A DNA stretch of 64,000 nt. Source: a virus. The DNA lies in IMG/VR virus record IMGVR_UViG_3300025141_011586, positions 1-64,000 of that record; one strand, given 5' to 3'. The translations under genes and the position numbers were made by a program. Every line of letters begins with the position of its first letter. Position 1 is the first letter of the stretch. Shown here one piece after another: positions 11,084 through 20,810 of the stretch. Under the pieces are notes generated by a model. The model saw only the letters and a program-made list of their open reading frames with translations. It had not been told where the DNA came from and did no database searches.

Positions 11084-13519
11084 ATGGTATCATTTAAATT
11101 TGGACAAACAGATAGAAAATTTACTGACCCCGTAAGGTTCTTTAAGGCTAATGATCCTTACTACTGGGAAGTGGACAATATTCCATTAAAGCAAATTCAT
11201 GAAAATACCAAATATCTAAAAGAGAGATTAGATGGTATAGATATAGACACTGATATTAGAAGGAGAGATATTGCAGAACTCAAGCCTTATGCAAATAATT
11301 CAGATAATATTATCCGTATTAAAGCAGGAAGATACACATCAAGGATTAATAATGCTACTGATATAGATAGGCTTTCTTCTTTTTTCCAAAAAGAAGGCAT
11401 AAATATAGGGGAGGATTTATTGTTATCTCTCTCTGGGGCGAGCGTGTTAACAGATTTAGTTTCTAGAGCGAGATCCACACTTTCTATAAATGCTTTAGGC
11501 CTTAATGGTCTTTCAGAGAGAGCATTTACATATCCGATATTTACGCCTGATTTTCCTATAAATTCTGAGGATATGAAGACTAGCTGGCCTGGGCCAAATG
11601 ATTTTACTACTAGAGGGGGAAGGCTAGCAGGTAGACCATTTCCTATTTCTCAATTAACTCAATGGTATCAATACGCGAGCGATTTTATTGGCGCAGATGA
11701 CACTACTCGTACAGATTTTTCCAAGGAACCTGGGTTCACAGGTAACTTACAAACGTTAGAACAGGAACTTATACGATATTGGAGGGGCACTGCTAGAACT
11801 GCAATTGTAGATGTTCCCCAAGAATTGAATGTTACGATTCCCGCATTTGATGAAAATGATTTTTTCTATCTTGATTCCGCAACAGGGAAGAAAACTCTTA
11901 TTGATGCTAACTCTCGTATAGACTTGATTTTCATTTACTCTAAGCCAGTTGATACTAGTTCTGTTGAGATTGGTAAATTTACTGGTAATCCGAAGACACG
12001 AACAAAGATCACTGCGGCGACCGCTGGCGTTCTGCTTGGCGCAGGGGTTGGGCTAAACGAGCACTCTAAGTCTAAGGATAATTTTACTTACGTTAAGGGA
12101 GTGGACTCCGAAGGCAGATCAGTAATGATGCCTAGTGTGGGAGATGAAAATAATACAGATAGTGGATTTTTATCAGGAATTAATCAGCCAACAGGGATAC
12201 ATGGATCGTTCCCCTCTCCAGAAGACCTACTAAATATATCACCCCTACTTTCAGAGAAGTTAGAAACCGATAGTTGGTTACTCACTGGTCAGACTATACT
12301 TCCTGTTGCTTATGTTAAGATTAACAAAACTGCTACTCTCAATAAAAAGGGAGCTGCGATAATTACAAATGATGATATCGTTGATATAAGGCCTTTCTTT
12401 AGAACAGCAGAATTATCTTATAACGAGAGGGCGGGAGTTGCGGCAGCGATGCCTCCTTTGTCTATAGCAAATGCTGCTGTAGGTAAGTATCAACTAGATT
12501 ATGAGGTCAATAGAGTCTATAGAACTTTAAATTTAAGGCTTAAAAATATAATCCGTAATCCTGATATCAGCCCCGTCCCCCCTGGCGGGGGAGATCCTGA
12601 TCCTGGTGGAGGAGGAGGAAAATCTCCGTCTATGCCTCGTAGGGTAGCTACAGGATATGTTTTTGGGGGATCAATGTATGGGCCAGAGGCAGCTATGGCA
12701 GATTATTTTGGGATAAGGACTAAGACCGATATTCGAAACTCTGCCCCTAATAGAGCTACAAATAAAGCGAGGGTTAGAGATTTCTATGGATTAAAATCTG
12801 ATGTCGTTCTTCCTGATTATCCTGATTGGGATCCGGCCAATGCAATGGGGCTTAATGGTAGGAAGGTAGGGGGTCCAAATAGTTGGACTTGGGTGGTAGA
12901 TCTTTTTGCGAAATCATCCGGCGGCAAAAAGTATGGATACGTAGATTACGAATGTTTTGATGAAAATAACTTTGGAGATCAGCGAAGCTACTTCACCGCT
13001 GGGCATCAGCCCTTCGGGGGGCAGACAATAGGGTCGGGATTTGCCCCTGGAGGGTATGGAGGTGAACGACGATTCTCGTGGATCCAAAAAACAATTAAGC
13101 TTGATAAGACTGATGTCGAGTGGATGGGAGACTATGATGTTGAAGTATCCTTTATAGGAGTTCAAAGCACAGCATATTGGATTGACAAGCAAAGAGATGA
13201 GTTTACAATTTTTGTTGCACAGAGAGGAGGTTCGAGAAACCCTCATGATTGGACGCAGAGGGGGCAATTGATCCCGCCGATCTGGCCTGTTGGGCGGACC
13301 AGGGGTGCCGAGAATTCAAGGAATTTGCTCGACGGGTGGCCTGTTTTAAATAGTGTTCTTTCGACTGCGCCTAAGCGTAGACAGAATTATCTGGGAGAGC
13401 CAGCAATCGGAATTGCTTTGTATCCTACAATTCAATTTACTGTCACTGGATATCCCTCTGACTGGGTTGGAGTTCATACTGATCTCACCCGCCCTGGTCA
13501 CAAAATAAAACTAGTGTGA
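11084..13519 (+). CDS. Putative tail fibre / virion structural protein
   Basis: 811 aa; N-terminal YYWEVDNIPL motif shared with the upstream gene; Pro/Gly linker before a C-terminal domain. Confidence 0.5.
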   Translation: MVSFKFGQTDRKFTDPVRFFKANDPYYWEVDNIPLKQIHENTKYLKERLDGIDIDTDIRRRDIAELKPYANNSDNIIRIKAGRYTSRINNATDIDRLSSFFQKEGINIGEDLLLSLSGASVLTDLVSRARSTLSINALGLNGLSERAFTYPIFTPDFPINSEDMKTSWPGPNDFTTRGGRLAGRPFPISQLTQWYQYASDFIGADDTTRTDFSKEPGFTGNLQTLEQELIRYWRGTARTAIVDVPQELNVTIPAFDENDFFYLDSATGKKTLIDANSRIDLIFIYSKPVDTSSVEIGKFTGNPKTRTKITAATAGVLLGAGVGLNEHSKSKDNFTYVKGVDSEGRSVMMPSVGDENNTDSGFLSGINQPTGIHGSFPSPEDLLNISPLLSEKLETDSWLLTGQTILPVAYVKINKTATLNKKGAAIITNDDIVDIRPFFRTAELSYNERAGVAAAMPPLSIANAAVGKYQLDYEVNRVYRTLNLRLKNIIRNPDISPVPPGGGDPDPGGGGGKSPSMPRRVATGYVFGGSMYGPEAAMADYFGIRTKTDIRNSAPNRATNKARVRDFYGLKSDVVLPDYPDWDPANAMGLNGRKVGGPNSWTWVVDLFAKSSGGKKYGYVDYECFDENNFGDQRSYFTAGHQPFGGQTIGSGFAPGGYGGERRFSWIQKTIKLDKTDVEWMGDYDVEVSFIGVQSTAYWIDKQRDEFTIFVAQRGGSRNPHDWTQRGQLIPPIWPVGRTRGAENSRNLLDGWPVLNSVLSTAPKRRQNYLGEPAIGIALYPTIQFTVTGYPSDWVGVHTDLTRPGHKIKLV

Positions 13520-13520
13520 G

Positions 13521-16500
13521 ATGGTTGACGAACCCATCCAATTTGGCTGTGGGGAGATAAGGCCAGGAAAGAGACCTCCAAAACCCCCTCCCCCTATCCC
13601 AGTCCCCCCTATTGGAGTTGGAGGTGGTGGTGGTGGTGGTGGTGGTAGCGTTCCGCCAGTCCCAGTTTGCCCTCCCTTCTGTGGTAAAAAACCAACTAGA
13701 CCACAGCCGAATTATGGGCCTGCGTGGATATGTCTTACATCTTGTAGGATCTACTGTAATAAACATCCGTTATGGCCTATCCCTGGCTTTTGGGAGGAGG
13801 GGAACATGTGTTTCGAGGAGCAGGATTGTTACGAGGGTCAGTGGACTGAGCCTGTGTATGGCCCTAGATACTATGAGATACTACCTCATGAGTGGGAGAG
13901 GTTTCTTCGGGTGCAGTGGGAATGCTCGGATAACAAGGGTGCAACGGGTGATAAACGATGTGAGGTTTTGGAGGGCGCAGATGTGCTTGAGCGAGAGGCT
14001 CTTGCGATGATAGAGGATCCTACTGCGGCACATTGGAAATCTGGCCTGACCGCGCAGGCGGACTGTCGGGAGAACTGTCATGGGGCTTACGGGGAGTGCG
14101 TTGCGCCCGTGGAGGAGGAGGAGTTGGGGTTTAAATGTGATTCGCCTTCGGTGTTGCATGGGGAGCCAGGGACATGTGTACCGTGCAAAATAGACCCAAA
14201 GGATCCAAAATGTAAGAGGTGGACTAAGAACGATTGTGAGAACAGCCCTGAGTGCATGATAGGAGGGACTATAGCACCACCAGGAACCGTAATCACCCCA
14301 GGTCGAATTGGGAGACCAGAAAAATCTGTTTGTTTGCCTGTTGCAGTTCGTTATTGTCCTCCGCCTGGACCAATTACAGGGCCAGGAGGGAAAATGGGAA
14401 AAACAGCAGAGCCTAAAAAAATAAAACAACAAGTAATGGCTTGTTACGAATGCTCCTTCAATCATGAAACTGGTAAACATGGGCTTACTGGCAGGGCTAG
14501 GAATAACTGGAAGGATGCTGTAGATAAGTTCGGTGGCGCAGAAGCGTTTGGGGAGGATTGGTATAAAAGCGCACAAGACAAGTCTCGTGATTGTGACCTG
14601 GATCCTACTGAGTGTAAAACAAAATGCAAGAATAAAAACTTTGATTGCCCTGACGGGGATAAGCGAAGAGGAGATCCTGATCCTATTCCCGATGGTTGGA
14701 AGTGCCTTAAAAATCTAGGACCTCCTCATTGCGTTCAATGTTTTCTTGATGGATCAGATCCCGATTGTCTTTTTGACGAGATAGAAGAGTGTGAATTAAC
14801 GTGTAAGGATGCTCCAATATTTACAGGAAATGATCCTATAATAGATCTTAAAACGTTTAAGACGGTAGAGATAGATCCCCTGGTAACGTTTAAAGAGGTT
14901 GACCCCGTTAAAGTTCAAGATAAAACCTTTGGTGATATAAGTCTAAAAGATATTTTGATAAAAGCTTTGCCCATTGGCCCTACTCTTGGCGATAGAACTA
15001 TTAAAGATCTTTTGATTGGTAATGTTCCTCTTACTCCTACAGGTATTATTTTTACAGGTAATGATATTCAAGATATATTAATTAGTGCGATTATTGATCT
15101 ATCTCCTACTGGAATTAGCATTGGAGATATAATGCTAAAGGATATTTTATTGGGTGCGATACCTCCAGGAATTATTTTAGGAGAAAGGAGGATAAGGGAT
15201 ATCTATATTCCTTATATTCCACCTGGAATCATTATTGGAGGGGAAACAATAAAGGATATCTTAATTAAAGCGCGACCGATAGGGGGGAGGAGCTTAGGAG
15301 ATATAACCCTACGAGATATTCTAGTTGATCCTAAAATTCCGGGGAGACCGTGGATTCAGATCGGAGGTATAACCCTACGAGATATTCTAGTTGATCCTAA
15401 AATTCCGGGGTTTCCAGGAATTCAGATCGGAGATATAACCCTACGAGATATTTTACTGCCCCACATTCCTCCAGATGTATCTTTTCGGAGAGATTCTGTA
15501 CATGACCTTGTTGAGTTAGAGGATCCTACCATTGGAGGCCCAGTTCGACCAACCACATTTGGAGGCCCAGTTCGACCAACCACATTTGGAGGCCCAGTTC
15601 GACCAACCACATTTGGAGGCCCAGTTCGACCAACCACATTTGGAGGCCCTGTAGTTGGCGGTGACCACCCCGAATTTAGAGATGTAAACCAAAGGAATAT
15701 AGCTGAGTTAGATGACCCCACACTCGGCGGTCCCAGGGCTGGTGGGGACTTGCAGGAACCAGTTCCTAGACTCGGTTTTGATCCAGTTCATAGAATGGCT
15801 GGGTTTCCTAAGGAAGTTGGATCACCTCTTCCTGGATTGGGAGACGATGTTCGACGTTCCCCATATTCAAAGGCTGGGGGGCAGGCTACTAGAATTAGAG
15901 ATCAGGTAATTAGTGTTCCTGATCTTGCAGGCAAGTTAAGTTTTGGTGAAAAAGAGATTGATAGTGGTCACATATATCATACCAGATATACGTTCACTGG
16001 TGACGCTCCGAAAGATGTTAATTTAAATACTAAGCCTACGGAGATAAATGGTAAATATTTAGATATTTTTAATGATAACGTTACGCCGGTAGTAAAATAT
16101 TTTATAGATAGGCAAGGAGAATATAAGGGGCCTTGGCATGAGTCTATTATCTTCGCATTGATTACTGAGAATAAACATATCTTAAATAGTATAAATCAAA
16201 ACTTATTGTATGTATTTGATAATTTAGCTTATGCTAACGATTTGAAGATTGCTCCCGAAATTTTTCACAACATAATAGTTAAAAAGTTAATAAGTAAAAG
16301 AATTGAGGAGTTTGATTCTAGTTTTTATCTGTCTATGTACGAGAAACAAAAAGACAATAGGATAATACAAATAATAAAAGCACCAGACCCTATTGATAAT
16401 TATAAAGTGGCTTTGGGGATGATCGCTGAGGAGGCTATTCCCGCAGATCCTGATAAGTATGGCGGTGAAGAGGATATAGATTATATAACAAATATTAAAC

Positions 16501-18020
16501 TTCCTCTGGACGATCTAGGGAGTGGGGCTGCTATTTCTTTCTCTGCCTGCAATGTAGATTCCTCTGCTATTAAATTTCCCTTCACTAAAGGGGCGGGAGG
16601 CACTAGTGGGGTGGTGGTGTCCGCAAACTGTGAGGGAGCCCCAGTGAGCGCACTGCTTTATCCAGGGTCTGGTCCTGGGTATTACTTTAAGTTGTCCGCA
16701 AATCCTACGATACCTCTTATGATGGAGACAGACCTAAGCAAAACTTATATTACCCCCATAACAACGTTAGAGAAAGCAATTACCTTATTTGGGCATGATC
16801 ATGTAATGTCGTTAGAGGTAACTTCTGTGGCAGATAAATCTGAATTAGATTCATCATTCACCACATCTTTTACGGATAATAAAATATTCTGTTCCCTTAT
16901 ACCTGGAACAGTGAAGGATGATCCCGATAGAAAAGACAATGATTTTATTAGTGAGTACCTCGCAGATTATGAAATAATCACTGATGAGACTAAAAGGTTG
17001 GACGCTTCTATAGAGGCAGGCTTATTAGCTATGCAAATCAATATCCACAAAGATGATCCTATAAGATCTTATCTTTCTGATTACGTGGACGAGGCGGAAG
17101 GTACTAAGGCATGTTCCATGAGATTTAAGAACATAGATTTCAGAAATTTCTTAGGGGAAGTGTCTCCTGCTGAGGGGCACATTGTAGCGAGAGGGCTTGT
17201 GCCTAAGGTTTTGGTTTTTGTATTTTCCTCAGGGAGCAAGTTTCTCCCAATACGTGAGGGCTTCTCTGATATTATAAGTATTTCTAATGACACTAATTCA
17301 AAGCGTAGGTTTGTAAGAGGTATGCCTATAATATCTCACCCTAGTCCTGACACGGCTGGATATGCTTTGGATAGAACTTTAGTGTTTGATGAGTTCGGAA
17401 CATATGGTATAGGGCTTGTAGGTCAGCAATATGGAAATTTAAATACTAACAAATTCTTTTTCAAATTTGATCCTGATAGTTCCAAGTATAAAGATACTTT
17501 CTACAAGACTACGGGTGGTGATCATGAAAATGATTATACTGTATGTAGCACGTACACTGGTGACGAGCCAGCACAAGAAACTCCTATACTAAGGAGGGTG
17601 GCAAAAGAGATAATCAATGAAACCTTACGAGCTAAATATTATAGAAAGGGATTTACTTGGTGGGATATACTTAGTCGCCTTACTTTAGGAGAGGTGGGGA
17701 GAATGATTAATGATCTACCCCCTGATATATGGAAGGATTTGGCTACAGGTAGATTCACTGGGGGGAATAAGATATTTCCCTCCCTGAATTCCGATGATGA
17801 GATAACGGGTATAATAACTACGAAACCTTCTGCTGATGATGAAACCATCGCAATGGGGGTGACTGATGATCCAGTAGATATAACAGATACCAAGATCATA
17901 AAGGCTACCGATAGGTTTGATACTATAGCGAGAAGTGAGGAAGAGCACGGATTACGGGGAAGTGCTACCATTTTTGATGCGAATGAAGTAGATGCTGCTT
18001 CAACTGATTTAGAGGAGTAA
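13521..18020 (+). CDS. Large multidomain virion protein (Pro/Gly N-terminus, Cys-rich modules, internal repeats)
   Basis: 1499 aa uninterrupted ORF between tail genes and PAAR; function not recognised. Confidence 0.5.
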   Translation: MVDEPIQFGCGEIRPGKRPPKPPPPIPVPPIGVGGGGGGGGGSVPPVPVCPPFCGKKPTRPQPNYGPAWICLTSCRIYCNKHPLWPIPGFWEEGNMCFEEQDCYEGQWTEPVYGPRYYEILPHEWERFLRVQWECSDNKGATGDKRCEVLEGADVLEREALAMIEDPTAAHWKSGLTAQADCRENCHGAYGECVAPVEEEELGFKCDSPSVLHGEPGTCVPCKIDPKDPKCKRWTKNDCENSPECMIGGTIAPPGTVITPGRIGRPEKSVCLPVAVRYCPPPGPITGPGGKMGKTAEPKKIKQQVMACYECSFNHETGKHGLTGRARNNWKDAVDKFGGAEAFGEDWYKSAQDKSRDCDLDPTECKTKCKNKNFDCPDGDKRRGDPDPIPDGWKCLKNLGPPHCVQCFLDGSDPDCLFDEIEECELTCKDAPIFTGNDPIIDLKTFKTVEIDPLVTFKEVDPVKVQDKTFGDISLKDILIKALPIGPTLGDRTIKDLLIGNVPLTPTGIIFTGNDIQDILISAIIDLSPTGISIGDIMLKDILLGAIPPGIILGERRIRDIYIPYIPPGIIIGGETIKDILIKARPIGGRSLGDITLRDILVDPKIPGRPWIQIGGITLRDILVDPKIPGFPGIQIGDITLRDILLPHIPPDVSFRRDSVHDLVELEDPTIGGPVRPTTFGGPVRPTTFGGPVRPTTFGGPVRPTTFGGPVVGGDHPEFRDVNQRNIAELDDPTLGGPRAGGDLQEPVPRLGFDPVHRMAGFPKEVGSPLPGLGDDVRRSPYSKAGGQATRIRDQVISVPDLAGKLSFGEKEIDSGHIYHTRYTFTGDAPKDVNLNTKPTEINGKYLDIFNDNVTPVVKYFIDRQGEYKGPWHESIIFALITENKHILNSINQNLLYVFDNLAYANDLKIAPEIFHNIIVKKLISKRIEEFDSSFYLSMYEKQKDNRIIQIIKAPDPIDNYKVALGMIAEEAIPADPDKYGGEEDIDYITNIKLPLDDLGSGAAISFSACNVDSSAIKFPFTKGAGGTSGVVVSANCEGAPVSALLYPGSGPGYYFKLSANPTIPLMMETDLSKTYITPITTLEKAITLFGHDHVMSLEVTSVADKSELDSSFTTSFTDNKIFCSLIPGTVKDDPDRKDNDFISEYLADYEIITDETKRLDASIEAGLLAMQINIHKDDPIRSYLSDYVDEAEGTKACSMRFKNIDFRNFLGEVSPAEGHIVARGLVPKVLVFVFSSGSKFLPIREGFSDIISISNDTNSKRRFVRGMPIISHPSPDTAGYALDRTLVFDEFGTYGIGLVGQQYGNLNTNKFFFKFDPDSSKYKDTFYKTTGGDHENDYTVCSTYTGDEPAQETPILRRVAKEIINETLRAKYYRKGFTWWDILSRLTLGEVGRMINDLPPDIWKDLATGRFTGGNKIFPSLNSDDEITGIITTKPSADDETIAMGVTDDPVDITDTKIIKATDRFDTIARSEEEHGLRGSATIFDANEVDAASTDLEE
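14931..15480 (+). repeat. Nine degenerate 19-23 aa repeats (G-D-x-x-L/I-K/R-D-I-L), the last three sharing a near-identical DNA core with a 66-nt period
   Basis: TATAACCCTACGAGATATT recurs at 15302, 15368 and 15434; the protein repeats are visible in the translation. Confidence 0.85.
15532..15649 (+). repeat. Perfect 27-nt tandem repeat, about 4.4 copies (GGPVRPTTF)
   Basis: TTGGAGGCCCAGTTCGACCAACCACAT at 15532, 15559, 15586 and 15613 plus a partial copy; no spacers. Confidence 0.95.
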
Positions 18021-18025
18021 TTATA

Positions 18026-18313
18026 ATGAGACTTGTTGGTGTAGCAGGGAGCCCAGTTACCGCGCCTTGTTCGCGTCTAGTAACTCCTGGCTCACTTACG
18101 GTATTTGCAGATGGCATGGGGGTGGCTAGGGTAGGAGTGGATACTGCTCATTTGGTTCCAATAGTTGGCCCTGGGTCTCCTACGGTATTTGTGGAGGGGG
18201 CAGTAGTGTCTTTAGTTGGGGATGCAATAACAGTGCATGATAGCAAACCTACGCATACTGTCTTTACTACTACACTAGCAGTACGAACCCACTCAGTATG
18301 GTCGGGAGGGTAA
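18026..18313 (+). CDS. PAAR-family baseplate spike-tip protein (gp5.4-like)
   Basis: 95 aa; GSLTVFADGMGVARVG and GSPTVFVEGAVVSLVGD repeats with His/Cys residues. Confidence 0.8.
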   Translation: MRLVGVAGSPVTAPCSRLVTPGSLTVFADGMGVARVGVDTAHLVPIVGPGSPTVFVEGAVVSLVGDAITVHDSKPTHTVFTTTLAVRTHSVWSGG

Positions 18314-18352
18314 CAAAAAATAAATTTTATTTTCATTTGTTCTATTACAAAG

Positions 18353-18360
18353 CTAAATAA
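18353..18360 (+). promoter_or_regulatory. Putative late promoter (CTAAATAA)
   Basis: Resembles the T4 late consensus TATAAATA; intergenic, upstream of the head operon, preceded by an A/T tract. Confidence 0.55.
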
Positions 18361-18417
18361 ATATGAGAATTACCGAGGTAGTCTCATACATATTTCTAGA
18401 AATACAGGAGTTTAATT

Positions 18418-18756
18418 ATGTACAAGGATATTGATCCAAATATTGCTAAGGCCTTAATGGAAGGTTCAAGCTGGGAGAAAGCTGGTTTTAAGGTTGTCGA
18501 TGAGACAGGTAACGAAGTTATTCATGAGGCTAATGAACCTCAGGCACCCGCACAAGAGGTAGAGCCTCATTCTTGCCCTCTGTGCCTAAGCGAGCTTACT
18601 GAGCCTATCTCTGACGAACAGATCGTTGAGCATCTTGATAGTGTCCTGACGATTATGGACGTTATTGAAGAGAGTTTAGTAAATGAAGATCCTAACGCTG
18701 AGGTAGTTGAAGAGGATTCCGATGACGAAGAGTGGGAATGGGTTGAGGAAGAGTGA
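18418..18756 (+). CDS. Acidic hypothetical protein with CxxC motif (head module)
   Basis: 112 aa; AGGAG Shine-Dalgarno; HSCPLC...EH; Glu-rich tail. Confidence 0.65.
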   Translation: MYKDIDPNIAKALMEGSSWEKAGFKVVDETGNEVIHEANEPQAPAQEVEPHSCPLCLSELTEPISDEQIVEHLDSVLTIMDVIEESLVNEDPNAEVVEEDSDDEEWEWVEEE

Positions 18757-18759
18757 TTG

Positions 18760-19299
18760 ATGTCCAGCAATCTCCCTAATGTTTCAATAGGGGACTTTGC
18801 GGAATCAATACTGAACGAGGGGCAAACGCAAAGTGCGCCCCCTCAAGGTTCTCAGTCGTTCGATAATTCTCCTTCTTTTGATTCTATGCCTACCCCCTCT
18901 CCTGGGCAACTTGATATATCAAATGTCCAGGTTCCTGATGATTTTGTAACTTCGCTTGTCGAGGGTAAGGAATCTGAGGTTGAGCAGGAACAGGTTAGGG
19001 CAGCAGCTCCTTTAGGGGAGGACTCTGGGGATAGATTAGAGATACTTCTTTCTCGTCTATGCTCCTTATTGGAAGAAACTAAGGGCTTGATCAGTGAGAT
19101 GGGTATGACCGCTGGGGCTGGGTTATCTCCTGGGGCTACCGAGGTGGGGCATCTTGGAGTTACTCAGGCTTGCCCTGTTCAGAGAAAGGCGCGTAAGAAG
19201 GTGCGTAAGAAGGTGCGTAAGAAGGTGCGGAGAGAGAGGAAGCCTGTCGCAGAAACGATTGAGGCAGTTCTGAGGGATCTGGATAATGGAACTATTTGA
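18760..19299 (+). CDS. Hypothetical head-module protein
   Basis: About 179 aa; acidic body with a basic (RKKV)3 tract. Confidence 0.6.
   Translation: MSSNLPNVSIGDFAESILNEGQTQSAPPQGSQSFDNSPSFDSMPTPSPGQLDISNVQVPDDFVTSLVEGKESEVEQEQVRAAAPLGEDSGDRLEILLSRLCSLLEETKGLISEMGMTAGAGLSPGATEVGHLGVTQACPVQRKARKKVRKKVRKKVRRERKPVAETIEAVLRDLDNGTI
19191..19229 (+). repeat. 12-nt tandem repeat x3 (RKKV)
   Basis: GCGTAAGAAGGT repeated three times. Confidence 0.9.
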
Positions 19300-19663
19300 T
19301 CTAATAACTGAAGCCAAGAAGGATAAGAAGACCAAGGCTCAAAAATCGAGAGTTAAGGTTTATGACACCATAAAAGATGCTCTCAATAAAAGTTATATGG
19401 GTCAGGTATTTTCAACCAAGAAAGCGGGAAGGCTTTATGTTACTACCCATAAGAAGTGGGGAAAAGATAAGGCATCACAAGTAGGGTCAAAGATTGCTAA
19501 GGGATTCACCCCTGGATCGGCCACGCCTGGGGCTTCTTGGCCTGAGGTAAAGGGATATGCTGTGCGTACTATGGCTAGGCATGGTGGGCAAAAGACTAAG
19601 AAATTTACTGGTGGTAAATACTGGAAGAGTAGAAAAAAGGGTAAGAAACATGCTGCTAAATGA
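19286..19663 (+). CDS. Small basic protein, possible internal head / DNA-binding protein
   Basis: 125 aa, very Lys-rich after a short MELFDLITE leader. Confidence 0.6.
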   Translation: MELFDLITEAKKDKKTKAQKSRVKVYDTIKDALNKSYMGQVFSTKKAGRLYVTTHKKWGKDKASQVGSKIAKGFTPGSATPGASWPEVKGYAVRTMARHGGQKTKKFTGGKYWKSRKKGKKHAAK

Positions 19664-20810
19664 TATTCGTATTTTAGAGAACATAGAAATTCTTTCTGAG
19701 TCTACATCTCCTCAAGGGATGAAGATTAGAGGCGTATTCCAAAGAGCGGATGAAGCCAATAACAACAAGAGAATTTATCCTAAGGCTATCCTTGAGACGC
19801 AAGTTAAAGCTCTTCAGCCTATGATTAAGGAGAACCGCCTCTGTGGTGAGTTGGATCATCCTAGTCATGACATAGTTAAGCTTTCTAATGCTTCCCATCT
19901 TGTAACAGGATTGTACATGAAGGGTGGTGATGTAATTGGTGAGGCTAGAATCTTGGGCACTCCAGCAGGTAAGGTAGCTCAAGCCCTTATTGAAGGTGGC
20001 GTTAAGATTGGAATTTCAAGCAGAGGCGTTGGAACTCTGTCAGAAGATACCATGCAAAAGGTAAAGTTTGTTAACGATGACTACAAGATGGTTACCTTTG
20101 ATCTTGTAGCAGATCCTTCTACTCGTGGCGCATACCCTGATCTTTACGAGTCCAAGCAAAGTGCCCTGGAGACTCGCAAGTTTGTTGACGATGCCTATAA
20201 GAAGGCGTTAGGGGAGCAAGTCTTTGTTACTATGTTGAAGGACAAGCTTGGTTCTCTTAACGAGGTTTATTCGGCCAAGGATTATAGATCTCCTACTCCT
20301 CCTGCTAGACAGAAGAGTAACACGGTTAACCCAGACTATGATTCTGTTATGAAGGCCAGAGGCTATCCTAGCGTTGATGATATTATGAAGAGGGGTTCTA
20401 ATGATGATCCATCTCACAAGTGGTTTAAGGCTATGATGACAGCAGTAAAGGGGCAACCCACTGTGCAAGAAGGTAAAAAGAAGAAAAAGGTTAAGAAGGC
20501 AAAGGTTTATTACGAGGGTGTTAGCTCCGAGGATATCAAAGCTGAGGTTGCCAGGAGATTAGGCGGAGATCTGACCCTTGAGGATATTAAGGCTGAGGTT
20601 GCTAGAAGGCTAAGAGAAGCTAAAAAGGTTGTCCCTTTTGGCATGACCGCTCTCTTCAACGGCGGTAACGGGGGTGGCGAGGAGGCTGCGCCTAAGCCCG
20701 AGTCTAAGCCTAAGCCCGAGTCTAAGCCTAAGCCCGAGAAGCAGTTGCCGAAGAAGCGAAGGCCGACATCGAAGCCGCCAATAATTGTCGCTAAACAACC
20801 GAAAGGCTAA
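19650..20810 (+). CDS. gp21: Prohead core protease (T4 gp21-like) with long C-terminal extension
   Basis: NNNKRIYP, GELDHP, SH, GTPAG, GISSRGVG, TFDLVADPST motifs. Start moved to the ATG at 19650. Confidence 0.92.
   Translation: MLLNDIRILENIEILSESTSPQGMKIRGVFQRADEANNNKRIYPKAILETQVKALQPMIKENRLCGELDHPSHDIVKLSNASHLVTGLYMKGGDVIGEARILGTPAGKVAQALIEGGVKIGISSRGVGTLSEDTMQKVKFVNDDYKMVTFDLVADPSTRGAYPDLYESKQSALETRKFVDDAYKKALGEQVFVTMLKDKLGSLNEVYSAKDYRSPTPPARQKSNTVNPDYDSVMKARGYPSVDDIMKRGSNDDPSHKWFKAMMTAVKGQPTVQEGKKKKKVKKAKVYYEGVSSEDIKAEVARRLGGDLTLEDIKAEVARRLREAKKVVPFGMTALFNGGNGGGEEAAPKPESKPKPESKPKPEKQLPKKRRPTSKPPIIVAKQPKG
20691..20738 (+). repeat. 18-nt tandem repeat (PKPESK) in the protease tail
   Basis: CCTAAGCCCGAGTCTAAG twice plus a partial third copy. 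Confidence 0.9.

Noticed and set aside
15532-15649. 27-nt repeats as a CRISPR mini-array
   Set aside because: Units are directly adjacent with no spacers, are in frame within a long ORF, and no cas genes are present.
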